Source: Gemmatimonadota bacterium (lineage in GTDB: Bacteria > Gemmatimonadota > Gemmatimonadetes > Palauibacterales > Palauibacteraceae). From it: DNA of 64,000 bases. The notes beneath the pieces are model-generated. The model did not search any database and was not told the DNA's origin. It saw only the letters and a program-made list of their open reading frames with translations. The stretch's first letter is position 1; every line of letters begins with the position of its first letter. The DNA lies in assembly GCA_963666735.1 (NCBI GenBank), contig OY762926.1, positions 128,001-192,000 of the forward strand. The letters are read 5' to 3'. Below, piece after piece: positions 52,405 to 62,887 of the stretch. Made by a program: the position numbers and the translations under genes.

Positions 52405-52648
52405 CGCATACCGCCTTTCCGCTTGCCCCCACCGTCCGGGGGATGCCGGGAAGATGCACCCCCGGGGCCGTGTCCCGCAAAGAACGGGCTGTCCCATTGT
52501 AGTACCCACCCACACCCCCGATGGATTGCTATAACAAGACGCACCGGTCACGAAGCGGCCTTGGTTGATCGAGTGAGCGTTGTCACCGAGCGGGCAATGG
52601 TTGCGCGGGTGTTGCCAACCCGGCCATCGTTGACGTGATTCCAGTGTC

Positions 52649-53686
52649 ATGAACCGTGCGTACCCCGTTCGCCTCCCTCGTGCCGGACCTGCGGTCGCCG
52701 TGCTGTTCGGCTCCGCCTGCGTCACCGGACCGGAACCGCCCTCGGCTGCCTGCACGCCGGACGGCGAGCCTCTGCGCGTGGCCTTCTACGCGTTCTTCGA
52801 GCCCGTCAGCTACAGCGCCGACGAGGATCCGGCTTCACCGGGGTTCGGCACGCATCTCGGCTACGAGGCGGATCTGCTTACCGCGCTTGAGTACATGGAC
52901 GGGGCGCGGCTCTCCTTCGAGCGCACGCCCCTGAGCGATTGGCCCGGCATCTGGCTCCTCCCCACGACACCGGACATCGACCTTGTCGGCGGAGGCATCA
53001 CGATCCTGGAATCCCGGACCCGCAACGAGGCCGGTGAAGTGGCCGTCGCCTTCACCTCCGGTCACATCGCTTTCCGCCAGTCTCTACTGGTGCGCGCCGC
53101 AGACGCGGAGCGGTTCTCGTCCTACGACGGACTGACCGGGGACGTCCGGGTCGGTGTCCTGCGGGGCACGACCGGGGAAGCCCGCCTGCTTCAGATCACG
53201 GGGTTGGCGAACGCGGACGGCGTGCTGGCCGCCGGAACACGGATCGTCACGCCCGGAGAGACGGTGGTCGCGGACGGCACGGCCGCGTATGTCATCACGG
53301 CGGCCAAGGCTTCGGCGGCGCTGGAGGGCAGGACCCGCATCCAGCCGCCGGACGACTCGATGCCCGTGGTCGTCCACCTCGGCGACGCAAGAGGCGAGAT
53401 CGAACTCTTGGAAGCCCTGGGCGACGAAGCGATCGACGCTGTCGCGCGTGGGGCGGTGGGAAACGGCGAGGCTGCGCACGCCTCGGGCGGCGACTTCGTG
53501 GTGGCGGCACTCGATTCTCTGGTCGAGTACGGCGGCTTCGCCATGGACGCGCGGGAGCCGCGGCTCGTGGCCTGCATCGACGAAAAGCTCGAATGGCTCA
53601 CGTTCGGCCGCCGGATCGGCTACGCGGAGTGGCGAGCCGATTCGACGGTGTTTCTCGAACGGGCGCGGCTATGGGACGGCGGATGA
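52649..53686 (+). CDS. Substrate-binding lipoprotein (amino-acid ABC family 3-like)
   Basis: GSAC lipobox; GYEADLL, GGITILESR, RVGVLRGTTGE. Confidence 0.8.
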   Translation: MNRAYPVRLPRAGPAVAVLFGSACVTGPEPPSAACTPDGEPLRVAFYAFFEPVSYSADEDPASPGFGTHLGYEADLLTALEYMDGARLSFERTPLSDWPGIWLLPTTPDIDLVGGGITILESRTRNEAGEVAVAFTSGHIAFRQSLLVRAADAERFSSYDGLTGDVRVGVLRGTTGEARLLQITGLANADGVLAAGTRIVTPGETVVADGTAAYVITAAKASAALEGRTRIQPPDDSMPVVVHLGDARGEIELLEALGDEAIDAVARGAVGNGEAAHASGGDFVVAALDSLVEYGGFAMDAREPRLVACIDEKLEWLTFGRRIGYAEWRADSTVFLERARLWDGG

Positions 53687-53845
53687 CGGACCGGACGTTT
53701 TGACCTATGGTCCAGGGCGCTTGAGCTCGCGCGCTGAGCCGGTGCACGGGGTGCGATGCTCCGTGCCCCGGATACGCGACCTCATGTCCCCTCCAGGGGT
53801 GCGTTCGCGGTACGATGTGAGGGGCGTCTTTTTCCTGCCAAACAT

Positions 53846-56660
53846 TCAGCTTGATGGGGAACGCGATCTTGTCCTTCGGGCTCTGGTTCCGGAGTTGGTA
53901 GAGTTCTCCCGCGACCGCCTCGATTCCCGCCGCAAAGCCGGACACCTCGTCCCGGAGGCCCGCGTCGTCCGCGCCGGTGACGATCGCGTCGACTTGGGAG
54001 AGGAGATTGCGCACCAGGATGACGCTCTCGTTCGCCCGGCTCTCGGCGTCGCGGATCGCCATCGCGAGGCGGAACCGATCGGTGAAGGCGGCGGGGGAAA
54101 TGTCGCCGAGCCTCGGGTCGGGATTCACGTCGAACGGTGTCTCCCGGGTCGAGCCGTCGATGGTCAGTTGCGCGAGGTAGCGACCCGGCGGTGCCCACGG
54201 CCCCACGCCCGGGTCGCCGCCCTCGAGGACCATCCCGGGGAACGTCACCGCGCCCGGGTAGCGGAGGTCCCAGCGGACCCGGTGGGTGCCTCCCTCCACC
54301 GTCCCGTCGACGAGGGTGCGGACGTGTTCGCGTTCGTCCGTCAGGACGTCGAGCCGCGCGCGCCTCCCGGGCGCGCTCACGCGGAAATCGATGACCGCGG
54401 GAACGGATCGCCGAACTGCGTCGGCCGGCCGGAAGAGGTGTACGTCCGCGCCGGCGAGATCCGCGTCGAGTTGTCGCACCGTCTCGATGTCGTCGAGCAC
54501 CCAGAAGGAGCGGCCGTGGGTGCTGATCACGAGGTCGCGCGCCTCGACCGATAGTCCGGTGACGGGCGTATCCGGAAGCTCGAGCGACAGGTCGCTCCAG
54601 CTCGATCCCCCGTCGAACGACACGAACACGCCGCGCTCGGTCCCCGCGTACAGGAGCCCCGGGCGCTCGGGATCCTCCCGGATGACGCGCACGAAGGCGC
54701 CATCGGGGATGCCGTCGCCGATCCGGGTCCAGCTCGCCCCGTAGTCGTCGGTCCTCCACGCGTACGGCGCCCGGTCGTCCATCTCGTACCGGATCCCGGC
54801 CACGTGTGCGATCCCCCGGCGGTGCGGCGACACCTCGATGGTCATCACGCGCGTGTGCGGGGGCATGTCCAGGGGCGTGACGTCCTGCCAGTTGCCGCCG
54901 CCGTCGCGCGATACGTGGATGAGCCCGTCGTCGGATCCAGTCCAGATCGTCTCCGGTTCGCGCGGCGAGAGTCCGATCGAGTAGAGAGTGCCGTAGATCT
55001 CGGGACCGTCCTGGTCCTTGATGATCGGGCCGCCGGAGTCGCCCAGCGTCTCCGGCTCGGCGCGCGTCAGGTCCGGGCTGATCTTCTCCCACGACCGACC
55101 CTCGTCGAGCGATCGCCACAGGTGCTGCGATCCGACGTAGAGGGCGTGGGGCGGCGTCGGCGCCACCGCGATGGGGTAGGTCCAGTTCCAGCGCTCGGGC
55201 ATGTTTCGCGCGGGCTCGCCCATGACGATGCGCGGCCACGGCTGGATGTCCGTCGCCATGCCGGTCGCCCGGTCGTAGCGCGTGAGCGTGTTCGTCGCGC
55301 CCGCGTAGAAGATGTCGGGATCGGCGGGGTGCGGAGCGATGTAGCCACTCTCGCCTCCGCCCACCGGGTACATCCATTCCGTGCTCGCCCCCCGCGGGTC
55401 CCGCAGATGGGTCGGCTCGGACGACACGCACACGGTCGTGTTGTCCTGCTGCGCGCCGCACACGTGGTAGGGAAAGTCCACGGTCGTGGCCAGGCGATAG
55501 ATCTGGGCCGTCGGATACCGCATCGAGGTCCACGTGCGGCCGCCGTTCACCGTGACGACGCCACCCCCGTCGTTGCCGTTGATCATGCGCAGCGGGTTCG
55601 TGGGATCGATCCACAGGTCGTGATGGTCGACGTGGGTCTCCGGTACGCTCTCGAGCGTCCGTCCGCCGCCGGTCGAGCGCATGAGCCGGAAGTTGAGGAT
55701 GTACAGCGTGTTGCGGTCGACCGGGTCCGCCTCCAGACGCTGGAAGTAGAAGGCACGCTGCCAGATGTCCCGGTGGCCGTTGACGAACTCCCACGACGCC
55801 CCCCCGTCGTCAGACCGGTACAGCCCTCCCCGCTCGGCCTCGATGTTGGCCCACACCCGGTCCGGATCCGCACCGGACACGGTGACCGTGATCTTGCCGA
55901 GTACGCCCGTGGGGAGGCCCGGGTTGCGCGTGAGTTCGCTCCACGTGTCGCCGCCATCGGTGGACTTGAAGATCCCCGATCCGCCGCCGCCGCTCCACAG
56001 GCGCCACGGCTTGCGATACACCTGCCACAGCGTCGCGTAGAGGATGTCCGGATCGCCCGGATCCATGACGAGGTCGACGGCCCCCGTGCGCTCGTCGCGG
56101 AAGAGCACCCTCTCCCACGTCTCGCCTCCGTCCGTGGTCCGGAAGACGCCGCGCTCGGGGTTGGGTCCGAAGGGATGGCCGAGGGCGGACACGTACGCGC
56201 GATCGGGGTCCGTCGGATGGATGCGGATCCGGCCGATCGCGTGGGTCTCGGCGAGGCCCAGGTGCCGCCAGTTCTTCCCGGCGTCGTCCGAGCGGTAGAC
56301 GCCATCGCCCTGGAGGACGTTGGCCCGCAGCTGCACCTCGCCCATGCCGATGTAGACGATGTCCGGATCCGACGGCGCCATCGCCACCGCGCCGACCGAG
56401 GCGCTGCCGACCTGCCCATCGGTTACGGGCGTCCAGGTGATCCCGCCGTCCGTCGTCTTGAACAGCCCTCCGCCCGTCGCGCCGAAGTAGTACTCGAACG
56501 GTCGATCCGCATGGCCCGCCACCGCGATCGAGCGTCCGCCCCGGTCCGGTCCGAGCGAGCGCCACTCCATGGGAGGGAGGAGCGAGACCGGATCCTGCGC
56601 CGCGAGCCCCGGGGACGGCACAGCCAACGACATCGCAACCAGCACCGGGCGCGCGAGCAT
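53846..56660 (-). pseudogene. VPS10/sortilin-like BNR-repeat glycosyl hydrolase-like protein, C-terminally disrupted (ORF runs on to 53598)
   Basis: Repeated S/T-x-D-G-G-x-T/S-W Asp-boxes, HVDHHDLWIDP; family-like sequence stops at KIAFPIKLN. Confidence 0.8.
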
Positions 56661-56667
56661 CGGAACC

Positions 56668-58173
56668 CTACCTGATCTCCTCGCGGATCGCGGCCAGTTC
56701 CTCCGCGGCTCCGGGGGGTGGTTGTGTGAACAGGCTCACGCCGGTCGTGACGGCGAAGCCCGCCGCGAAGCCCGGCAGCATCTCGTACAGGTCGTAGAAG
56801 CCCTCCTTGAAGAGGACGACCCACAGCATCGTCACGAGGAAGCCGGCGATCATGCCGGCGAGCGCGCCCGCCCGGGTGGTTCGGGCCCAGAAGAGCGAGC
56901 ACAGGACGACCGGGGCGAAGGCCGCCGCCAGGCCGGACCAGGCGAAGAGGACGAACCAGAAGATCGCCCGCTCCGCGGTGAGCGCGAGCAGCAGTCCGGT
57001 CACGCCGAGGACCACCGTCACCGCCTTGCCCAGGACGGAGAGCGCGCGCTGCCGGGCGTCGGGGCGGAAGATCTTCTGGTAGATGTCCCGCACCGCCGCG
57101 GAGGAGGCGAGGATCAGCAGTGAATCCGCCGTCGACATGATGGCGGCGAGGACGACGACGAGGACGAGACCCGTGAACAGGTCGGGCAGCAGTCCCGCCG
57201 CCATGGCGGGGAGCGCCGTCTCGGGGTCGGCGAGGGTCGGGTAGAGGACGCGGGCGGCCATCCCCGTGAACACGGCCCCGAGATCGAACACGATGATGCA
57301 GCCGACGGCGATCGGCCCGGCCTTCCGGATCTCGCGCTGGTCGCGGGCCGCGAGGAACCGCGCCAGAAGCTGCGGGGCGCCGAGGAACGCGAGCCCCACG
57401 CCCACGAAACCGGCCGCGCTCGCGATCCCCAATGGGGTGAGTCCGAGCCCGCCGCCGAGCCGCAGGAGGTCGGAGCCGGATGCCTGCAGTCCCTCGAAGG
57501 CCACGAGGGGTTCGGCCGCGCGCAGCCCGTCCATGAGCGCGACCCAGCCCCCGACCGCGCTGAAGCCGACGAAGGGGAGCACGAGCAGGCAGGCGAACAT
57601 GAGGACGCCCTGGGCGAAGTCGGAGTACGCCACGGCCTTGAACCCGCCGACCACGGTATAGAAGAGGACGACGGCGAGGCCGAGGTAGACGCCAGCGTGG
57701 TAGCCGGTGCCGAGGAAGGAGTCGAACGCCTTGCCCGTCGCCGTGAGTTGCGCTCCGACGTAGAAGGCGACCATCGAGAGGACGATGATGGCCCCGACGA
57801 TGCGGAAGGCATGCTTCGTGTCGTGGAAGCGGTCCTCGAGGTAGTCGGGGACGGTAATCGAACCGTAGCGGTCGGTGAACGCCTTGAACGGCCGCGCCAC
57901 GAAGGCCCAGGCGAGCGCGACGCCGAGCACCTCGCCCAACACGACCCACAGCGCGTGCATGCCCAGCGCGTACCCGATCCCGGTGAGCCCGAGCAGGAGC
58001 CACGCGCTCTCCCCGGTCGCGTTCGAAGAGAAGGCCAGGACCCACGAAGGCAGCTTCTTGCCCGCCGCGTAGTAGCCCTTCACGTCGTGCGACTCCTTCC
58101 CGCCCCACACCCCGATGACGAGGAGAACGAGAAGATAGACGACCACGACGCCGATGATTACGGGAGAGGGCAT
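56668..58173 (-). CDS. putP: Sodium/proline symporter (SSS family)
   Basis: ATGESAWLLLGLTG, GGFKAVAYSD, LAAIMSTADSLL, AWSGLAAAFAP. Confidence 0.88.
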   Translation of the reverse strand: MPSPVIIGVVVVYLLVLLVIGVWGGKESHDVKGYYAAGKKLPSWVLAFSSNATGESAWLLLGLTGIGYALGMHALWVVLGEVLGVALAWAFVARPFKAFTDRYGSITVPDYLEDRFHDTKHAFRIVGAIIVLSMVAFYVGAQLTATGKAFDSFLGTGYHAGVYLGLAVVLFYTVVGGFKAVAYSDFAQGVLMFACLLVLPFVGFSAVGGWVALMDGLRAAEPLVAFEGLQASGSDLLRLGGGLGLTPLGIASAAGFVGVGLAFLGAPQLLARFLAARDQREIRKAGPIAVGCIIVFDLGAVFTGMAARVLYPTLADPETALPAMAAGLLPDLFTGLVLVVVLAAIMSTADSLLILASSAAVRDIYQKIFRPDARQRALSVLGKAVTVVLGVTGLLLALTAERAIFWFVLFAWSGLAAAFAPVVLCSLFWARTTRAGALAGMIAGFLVTMLWVVLFKEGFYDLYEMLPGFAAGFAVTTGVSLFTQPPPGAAEELAAIREEIR

Positions 58174-58344
58174 GCAATGCCTCCGCTTCGGTGTTTCGGG
58201 GACGACGGGTCACATACCTTCCACTTGTAACGGGCCGGTGACAACCATCGTCCAAGAAATAGGTGTCCAATAATACGAGGTTCCGCCGGAAGGGTGCCGC
58301 GCGACGCGCCCGCGGATGGCGGATGCACGAAGATGGAGGCGTCG

Positions 58345-60369
58345 ATGAAGGCCTTGGAGCGGCATGGAGTTTTCCTCGCAGCTAGTCTGACCATCGTTGC
58401 GGGCTGTGCCGACGCCCGCCCGACCGCGGAACTGATGGCCGATGCGGCTGCGGACGTGGAAGCGATCCGTCTGGAACGAGCGATGGTCCGCTACGACTCG
58501 GCCCGGACACGATCTCCGGACGACGCCGAGGCGCACCGGGAGTATGCGACGCTCGCCAACTACTTCAGCCTGAACGCGGAGGCCGCGGGGGCCTGGGAGC
58601 GCGCGCTCGAACTCGAACCCGAACACGCCGCCGGCTGGGAGGCGTACATCCGCGCCCTCCGCTGGGCCGGCATTTTCGAGACGGACCGGCGCTACGGCGA
58701 GAAGATTCTGCGGGTTCTGCCCGAGGCGCTCCGCAACGCGCCGGACCGCCCCATCATGTATAACGACGCGCAAGAGGCCGCGTCGGATCTCGGACAACTC
58801 GACGCCTACGCCGCGGTCCTCGCCGAGCATGAGGCGACGCGCACCGACGACCAGATCCTGCTCCACGCCCTGGGGTCCCTCCGCATCGCACTCGCCGGTC
58901 GGGAAGAGGGCGACCGGGGCCAGTTCGTGAAGGATTCGATCGGGGCCGCCCTCGACGCGCTCGCGGCCGAGGCCGAAGACGATCCGAACGTCCCCGCGCC
59001 GGTTCTTTACCGGCTCGCGGCGGGGTACGATTTCAGGATGCTCGGACGGGAGGCAGATGCGGATCGCTGGCTGGAGCGTCTGGAAGCGGCCCCCGACCGG
59101 GGCGATCTGGCGGACGATCTGCGGTACTGGGATCTGGCCATCGAGTGGCAGGACGCCCTGTACGGGGGTGGTGACGATGGCGGCGATGCCGAGGGAGACC
59201 GGTGGGACGAGCTGTCCCATCTCGTCGCTCAGGGACTGAAGTCGTCGGAACTTGGAGAACGGGCCGCATGGTTTGCCCGGCGGTACATGACCGTCCGGGC
59301 GGAGGTGTTGGCCTCCCTGGATCCGGAGCCGTCGTCAGCCGGGCTGGACTTCCCGCGCGTCGCGGCCGAACCGCCGGGTCCCGCGCTCGATCCCGAGTTG
59401 GCGGAGTCGCTGTTCACGGCCATAATGGACGAGATCCGGTGGCAGGACGGAGTGTACGCGCAGAGGCTCGCCACGCTGCTCTACTTCGGCATCCGGCCCG
59501 AGGTCGTGCTCGAGAAGGCGGTCGCAATGGAGGAGGCGCTCCGCGCGGACCGCCCGGGGTACCTGTACGCGGGAGACCGCGGCCGGGAGCGGGAGACATC
59601 GCGCGGGAGCTCCATCGACCGGGCACGTGTGATGCAGGCTCGCGCACTCACCCAGATCGGCGAGATCGAGGCGGCCGGGGCGCTGCTCGAGGAGCTTGCC
59701 ACCGAGTCCCGCCGCAGCTGGACGCTGGCGGAATACGGGCGGCACCTCCTGCGGGAGGATCGGCCGGCGGAGGCGCTCGATGCCTTCGTGGAGGCCACCG
59801 CATTTCGCAGTTGGTATCGTACCGCCGCCGTGGAGACTGCCGAGGCCATCGGTCTGTCCGAGGAGGCCGTGGACGAGCGGCTCGCCGTTCGCCGCCCCGT
59901 CGTGGAGGAGGAGCTGGAACGCCGGGAACTCGGGGAGCGCATCGAGCGCGAAGCGCCGGAGTTCGCCCTCGCGGACCAGACCGGAACCGAGTGGCGGCTG
60001 GCCGGCCTCGAGGGGAAGATCGTCGTGCTCAAGTTCTGGGCGACGTGGTGCGGCCCCTGCATCGAGGAGTTTCCTCACTTCGTCGAACTCCTGAAGACGT
60101 ATGAAGACGATGAAGAGGTCGTGTTCCTCACCGTCGCCACGGCGGGTTCTCCGCGGGACCGGGTCGCCGCGCAGATCGAGGAGGGCGGCTTCACATTCCC
60201 GGTTCTGTTCGACGAGCAGGGCCTCGCGCTGGACTACGAGATCCTCGCCTATCCGACGACGCTGTACCTGGATCAGGCCGGGTTGATCCAGTTCAAGCGC
60301 GAAGGCTTCGACGAGAACGGCTACGAAGCCGGCGTCGCCCGCCGCATCGACGCGCTTCGCAGCCAGTAG
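58345..60369 (+). CDS. Lipoprotein with TPR-like region and C-terminal TlpA/redoxin domain
   Basis: VAGC lipobox; APEFAL...KFWATWCGPCIEEFP...YPTT. Confidence 0.85.
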   Translation: MKALERHGVFLAASLTIVAGCADARPTAELMADAAADVEAIRLERAMVRYDSARTRSPDDAEAHREYATLANYFSLNAEAAGAWERALELEPEHAAGWEAYIRALRWAGIFETDRRYGEKILRVLPEALRNAPDRPIMYNDAQEAASDLGQLDAYAAVLAEHEATRTDDQILLHALGSLRIALAGREEGDRGQFVKDSIGAALDALAAEAEDDPNVPAPVLYRLAAGYDFRMLGREADADRWLERLEAAPDRGDLADDLRYWDLAIEWQDALYGGGDDGGDAEGDRWDELSHLVAQGLKSSELGERAAWFARRYMTVRAEVLASLDPEPSSAGLDFPRVAAEPPGPALDPELAESLFTAIMDEIRWQDGVYAQRLATLLYFGIRPEVVLEKAVAMEEALRADRPGYLYAGDRGRERETSRGSSIDRARVMQARALTQIGEIEAAGALLEELATESRRSWTLAEYGRHLLREDRPAEALDAFVEATAFRSWYRTAAVETAEAIGLSEEAVDERLAVRRPVVEEELERRELGERIEREAPEFALADQTGTEWRLAGLEGKIVVLKFWATWCGPCIEEFPHFVELLKTYEDDEEVVFLTVATAGSPRDRVAAQIEEGGFTFPVLFDEQGLALDYEILAYPTTLYLDQAGLIQFKREGFDENGYEAGVARRIDALRSQ

Positions 60370-60544
60370 GGACTGCCGCACCGAAATCCGGCCCGGGTCC
60401 GGTGCGGACGTTCCCGCGGGAGCGTCTTCCGGTGCTCATGATGATCCTCGTCAGCCTACGCGACATGAGCACTTGGAATCACATATCGTTGTGAGCGTTC
60501 AGCTTACGGGGTTCAGGGGTCATATTCCCGCTGATTGGTTTGGG

Positions 60545-61705
60545 TCAGGCGCGGACCCTCGGGCGACTGTCCAGAGCCTTCCTGAGTTGTCCGGCGTCGG
60601 CCTGCTGATAGCAGCGCAACACCGTCTGAGCCTCCTTCCAGCCGCCAAGCTCGCACAGCACCTTGAGCGGCAGGTCCATGAGGTCGGAAGCGAACTTCCG
60701 CCTCAGCGAGTGCCAGCCTCTCCCTCGTTCGTGCTCCAGTCCCGCGAGCCGCTCGGCTCTGTGCCACCAAGCGACCGCCCGCCCCCGGCTGATGCTCGAT
60801 GATGGGTCCTGCGGCGCGGGCAGCACCAGCCCCTCGCCGTTCGCGTGGTTCGCTTCCCGCGCCTCCTCCAGTACCGCCACCGCCTCGTCGGTCATCGGCG
60901 TGACGTGCTCGTAGCCGGTCTTTTCGTGCTCCGCGCGCCACCGCACCTCGCGCCCCTCGAAGTCGATGTCGCTCCACCGAAGGTTGCGGATCGCCCCGAT
61001 TCGGTGCCCCGTCTCGTGGGCGAGCACGAACGCGACGTGGAACCGTCAATCGACCTGACGGGATACCCCGAGCATCGCTTGGTACTCCTCCTCGGAGAGG
61101 ACGACCCGGGTGGGGTTCTTCTCCTTGGGCGTCTTCAGGCCCCTCAGCGGGTTCGAGTCGAGAAGGAGTCTCCCCTCCTCGTCTCTGGACTTCGTCGCCC
61201 AGTTGAGCACCGCGAGCAGGAACTTCAGGTCCAGCTCGATGGTGCGGTTGCCCACGGGCTTCCCGCTCGGTCCGACCCGGCCTGCCCGGCGCTCCCGGAT
61301 GAAGCGGTCCCAGTCCCGCTGGGACAGGGTCTCGGGCCTTCGGTCCCGCCCGAGGAAGTCGAGGAACATCCTCGTCCCGATTCTGTCCCGGTGCCGGACC
61401 CGCTCCGTCTTGGTGGGCGTCACCTCCTCACCGTAGATGTCAAAGAGCATCTCCAGCGTGAGCGGGTCGGGCTCGGCTTCCGCCTTGCCCCCGATTTCGG
61501 GTCCGATGAATCCAGCGGCGAACTCGTCCGCATGCCGCTTGGCTCTCGCCCAGTCCCGGTGTCCGAGAGACCGGGTGAGCCTGCGCCCGTTCTCGCGCCA
61601 CTCGATCTGGAAGAGGCCGGTCTTCGGGTCAGGGAAGACCCTCACCCGGTTCCGGCCCCACTCGCCGGCGCCGTAGCTCCGGCGGCTTCGTTTCGTGCGT
61701 GCCAT
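60545..61705 (-). pseudogene. Tyrosine integrase with internal nonsense codon
   Basis: 1161 nt, colinear with 18097-19257; TGG to TGA at 61048-61046. Confidence 0.9.
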
Positions 61706-62003
61706 CGTTCGATACCTCCGATTCGGCAGACTGAGGATGGCACGAATCACGGCGAGGAATCGTCTAACTGCTTACAGGGCTGCACGATCTGCGCTTTCTG
61801 CCCTTGAAACGTGTCTTCTCCCGTCGTCCAGAAACGGCGGGTAAATCGCCTCGATTTGCGGGAATCGCGTTCCGCCTCCGGCAGTGGCTGGGCGCAGGGT
61901 TCGCGAAGCCGTCTGCCGCAGTCAATCGTCATCTACTTCGCCCTCTGGACTGGACGTGATCGTCCGGTCTTCCTCTGTCCTTCAACCCGTTCGGATCGTG
62001 GAG

Positions 62004-62633
62004 TCAAGGCGATTCGGCTAGCGTGATCGCGTCTTGCATCGCCCACCCGCAGACCGTCCCCGTGAGCCGGGCGACCGGAGCAACGCCGGCGGCCGCATCA
62101 TCGAGCGATATCCGACTCTCCAGCTTGTTGGCCAAGTCGCATCGTCCTCCGCGGTCGTCCAATGACCAAGTCAACGTACCGGAGACATCCGCCTCGATCA
62201 GAATGCCCGCGTCGTAGGAAAGGGTGATCCGGATCGATTGCGCCAAGCGGTCGCTGTCCATGAGGAAGGACACGTCGTCGCCGCTGAATGCGCAGTCCCT
62301 CGCGGTCAGCGTGCCCTCCAACTCGGCGGACATCGTACCCTCCGCCAGCGTCAGCATCGCATCCCCCGTGAAGGAGGCTCGGCCGCCATGCGCGCAGGGA
62401 ATCGCGGCTCGTACTGGTGAATGCCCCTTGGAGACATTGAAGCTCGAATAGGGGCCAAGATGAAGGATCTCGCCGTGAGCCAGCAAGCGCCCGCCGTACA
62501 GCCCCCGCACCAAGGCTGCGGCCTCGGCTTCGGTCATAGCCGGATCAGGGCCTGCGACTTCCCCGCACGCTACCGGGGCGAGCGCGGCGGGAACCAGAAG
62601 CAGCAGGAAGCGCAGCCTCTCGGGTCCAAGCAT
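62004..62633 (-). CDS. Hypothetical lipoprotein
   Basis: LRFLLLLVPAALAPVAC lipobox; several Cys. Confidence 0.65.
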   Translation of the reverse strand: MLGPERLRFLLLLVPAALAPVACGEVAGPDPAMTEAEAAALVRGLYGGRLLAHGEILHLGPYSSFNVSKGHSPVRAAIPCAHGGRASFTGDAMLTLAEGTMSAELEGTLTARDCAFSGDDVSFLMDSDRLAQSIRITLSYDAGILIEADVSGTLTWSLDDRGGRCDLANKLESRISLDDAAAGVAPVARLTGTVCGWAMQDAITLAESP

Positions 62634-62887
62634 TTGGGTCCCCCTTCCCCGTGAACAGGCGTACATTCCATGCAACCCCCGCACCGGGACATCCAGTTTC
62701 GACCGGCCGGTGATCGCGTTCGCTCGCACGGAGGGCGGGTGCCGCCGAGGAGAGAAAACATACCGTACGTCGCCCGCCGAATGCGAACATGGCGCGCTAC
62801 CAGCGCGGCCTCGTGGCCGGGTACGTTATCGTACGGGGTTCCCGCGCAGCGCGGGCGCAGCGTACCAGAGGCCAACTCACGACCCAC

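Larger units (their letters stand above)
17999..53845. mobile_element. Genomic island / integrative mobilizable element (~36 kb), boundaries approximate
   Basis: Flanked by the two parts of a split host gene; integrase-mobC-relaxase at the left end; dense IS content. Confidence 0.72.

Noticed and set aside
61046..61048. UGA recoding in integrase copy 2
   Set aside because: Aligns to Trp TGG in copy 1, and TGA is a normal stop elsewhere in the window; simple nonsense change or sequencing error
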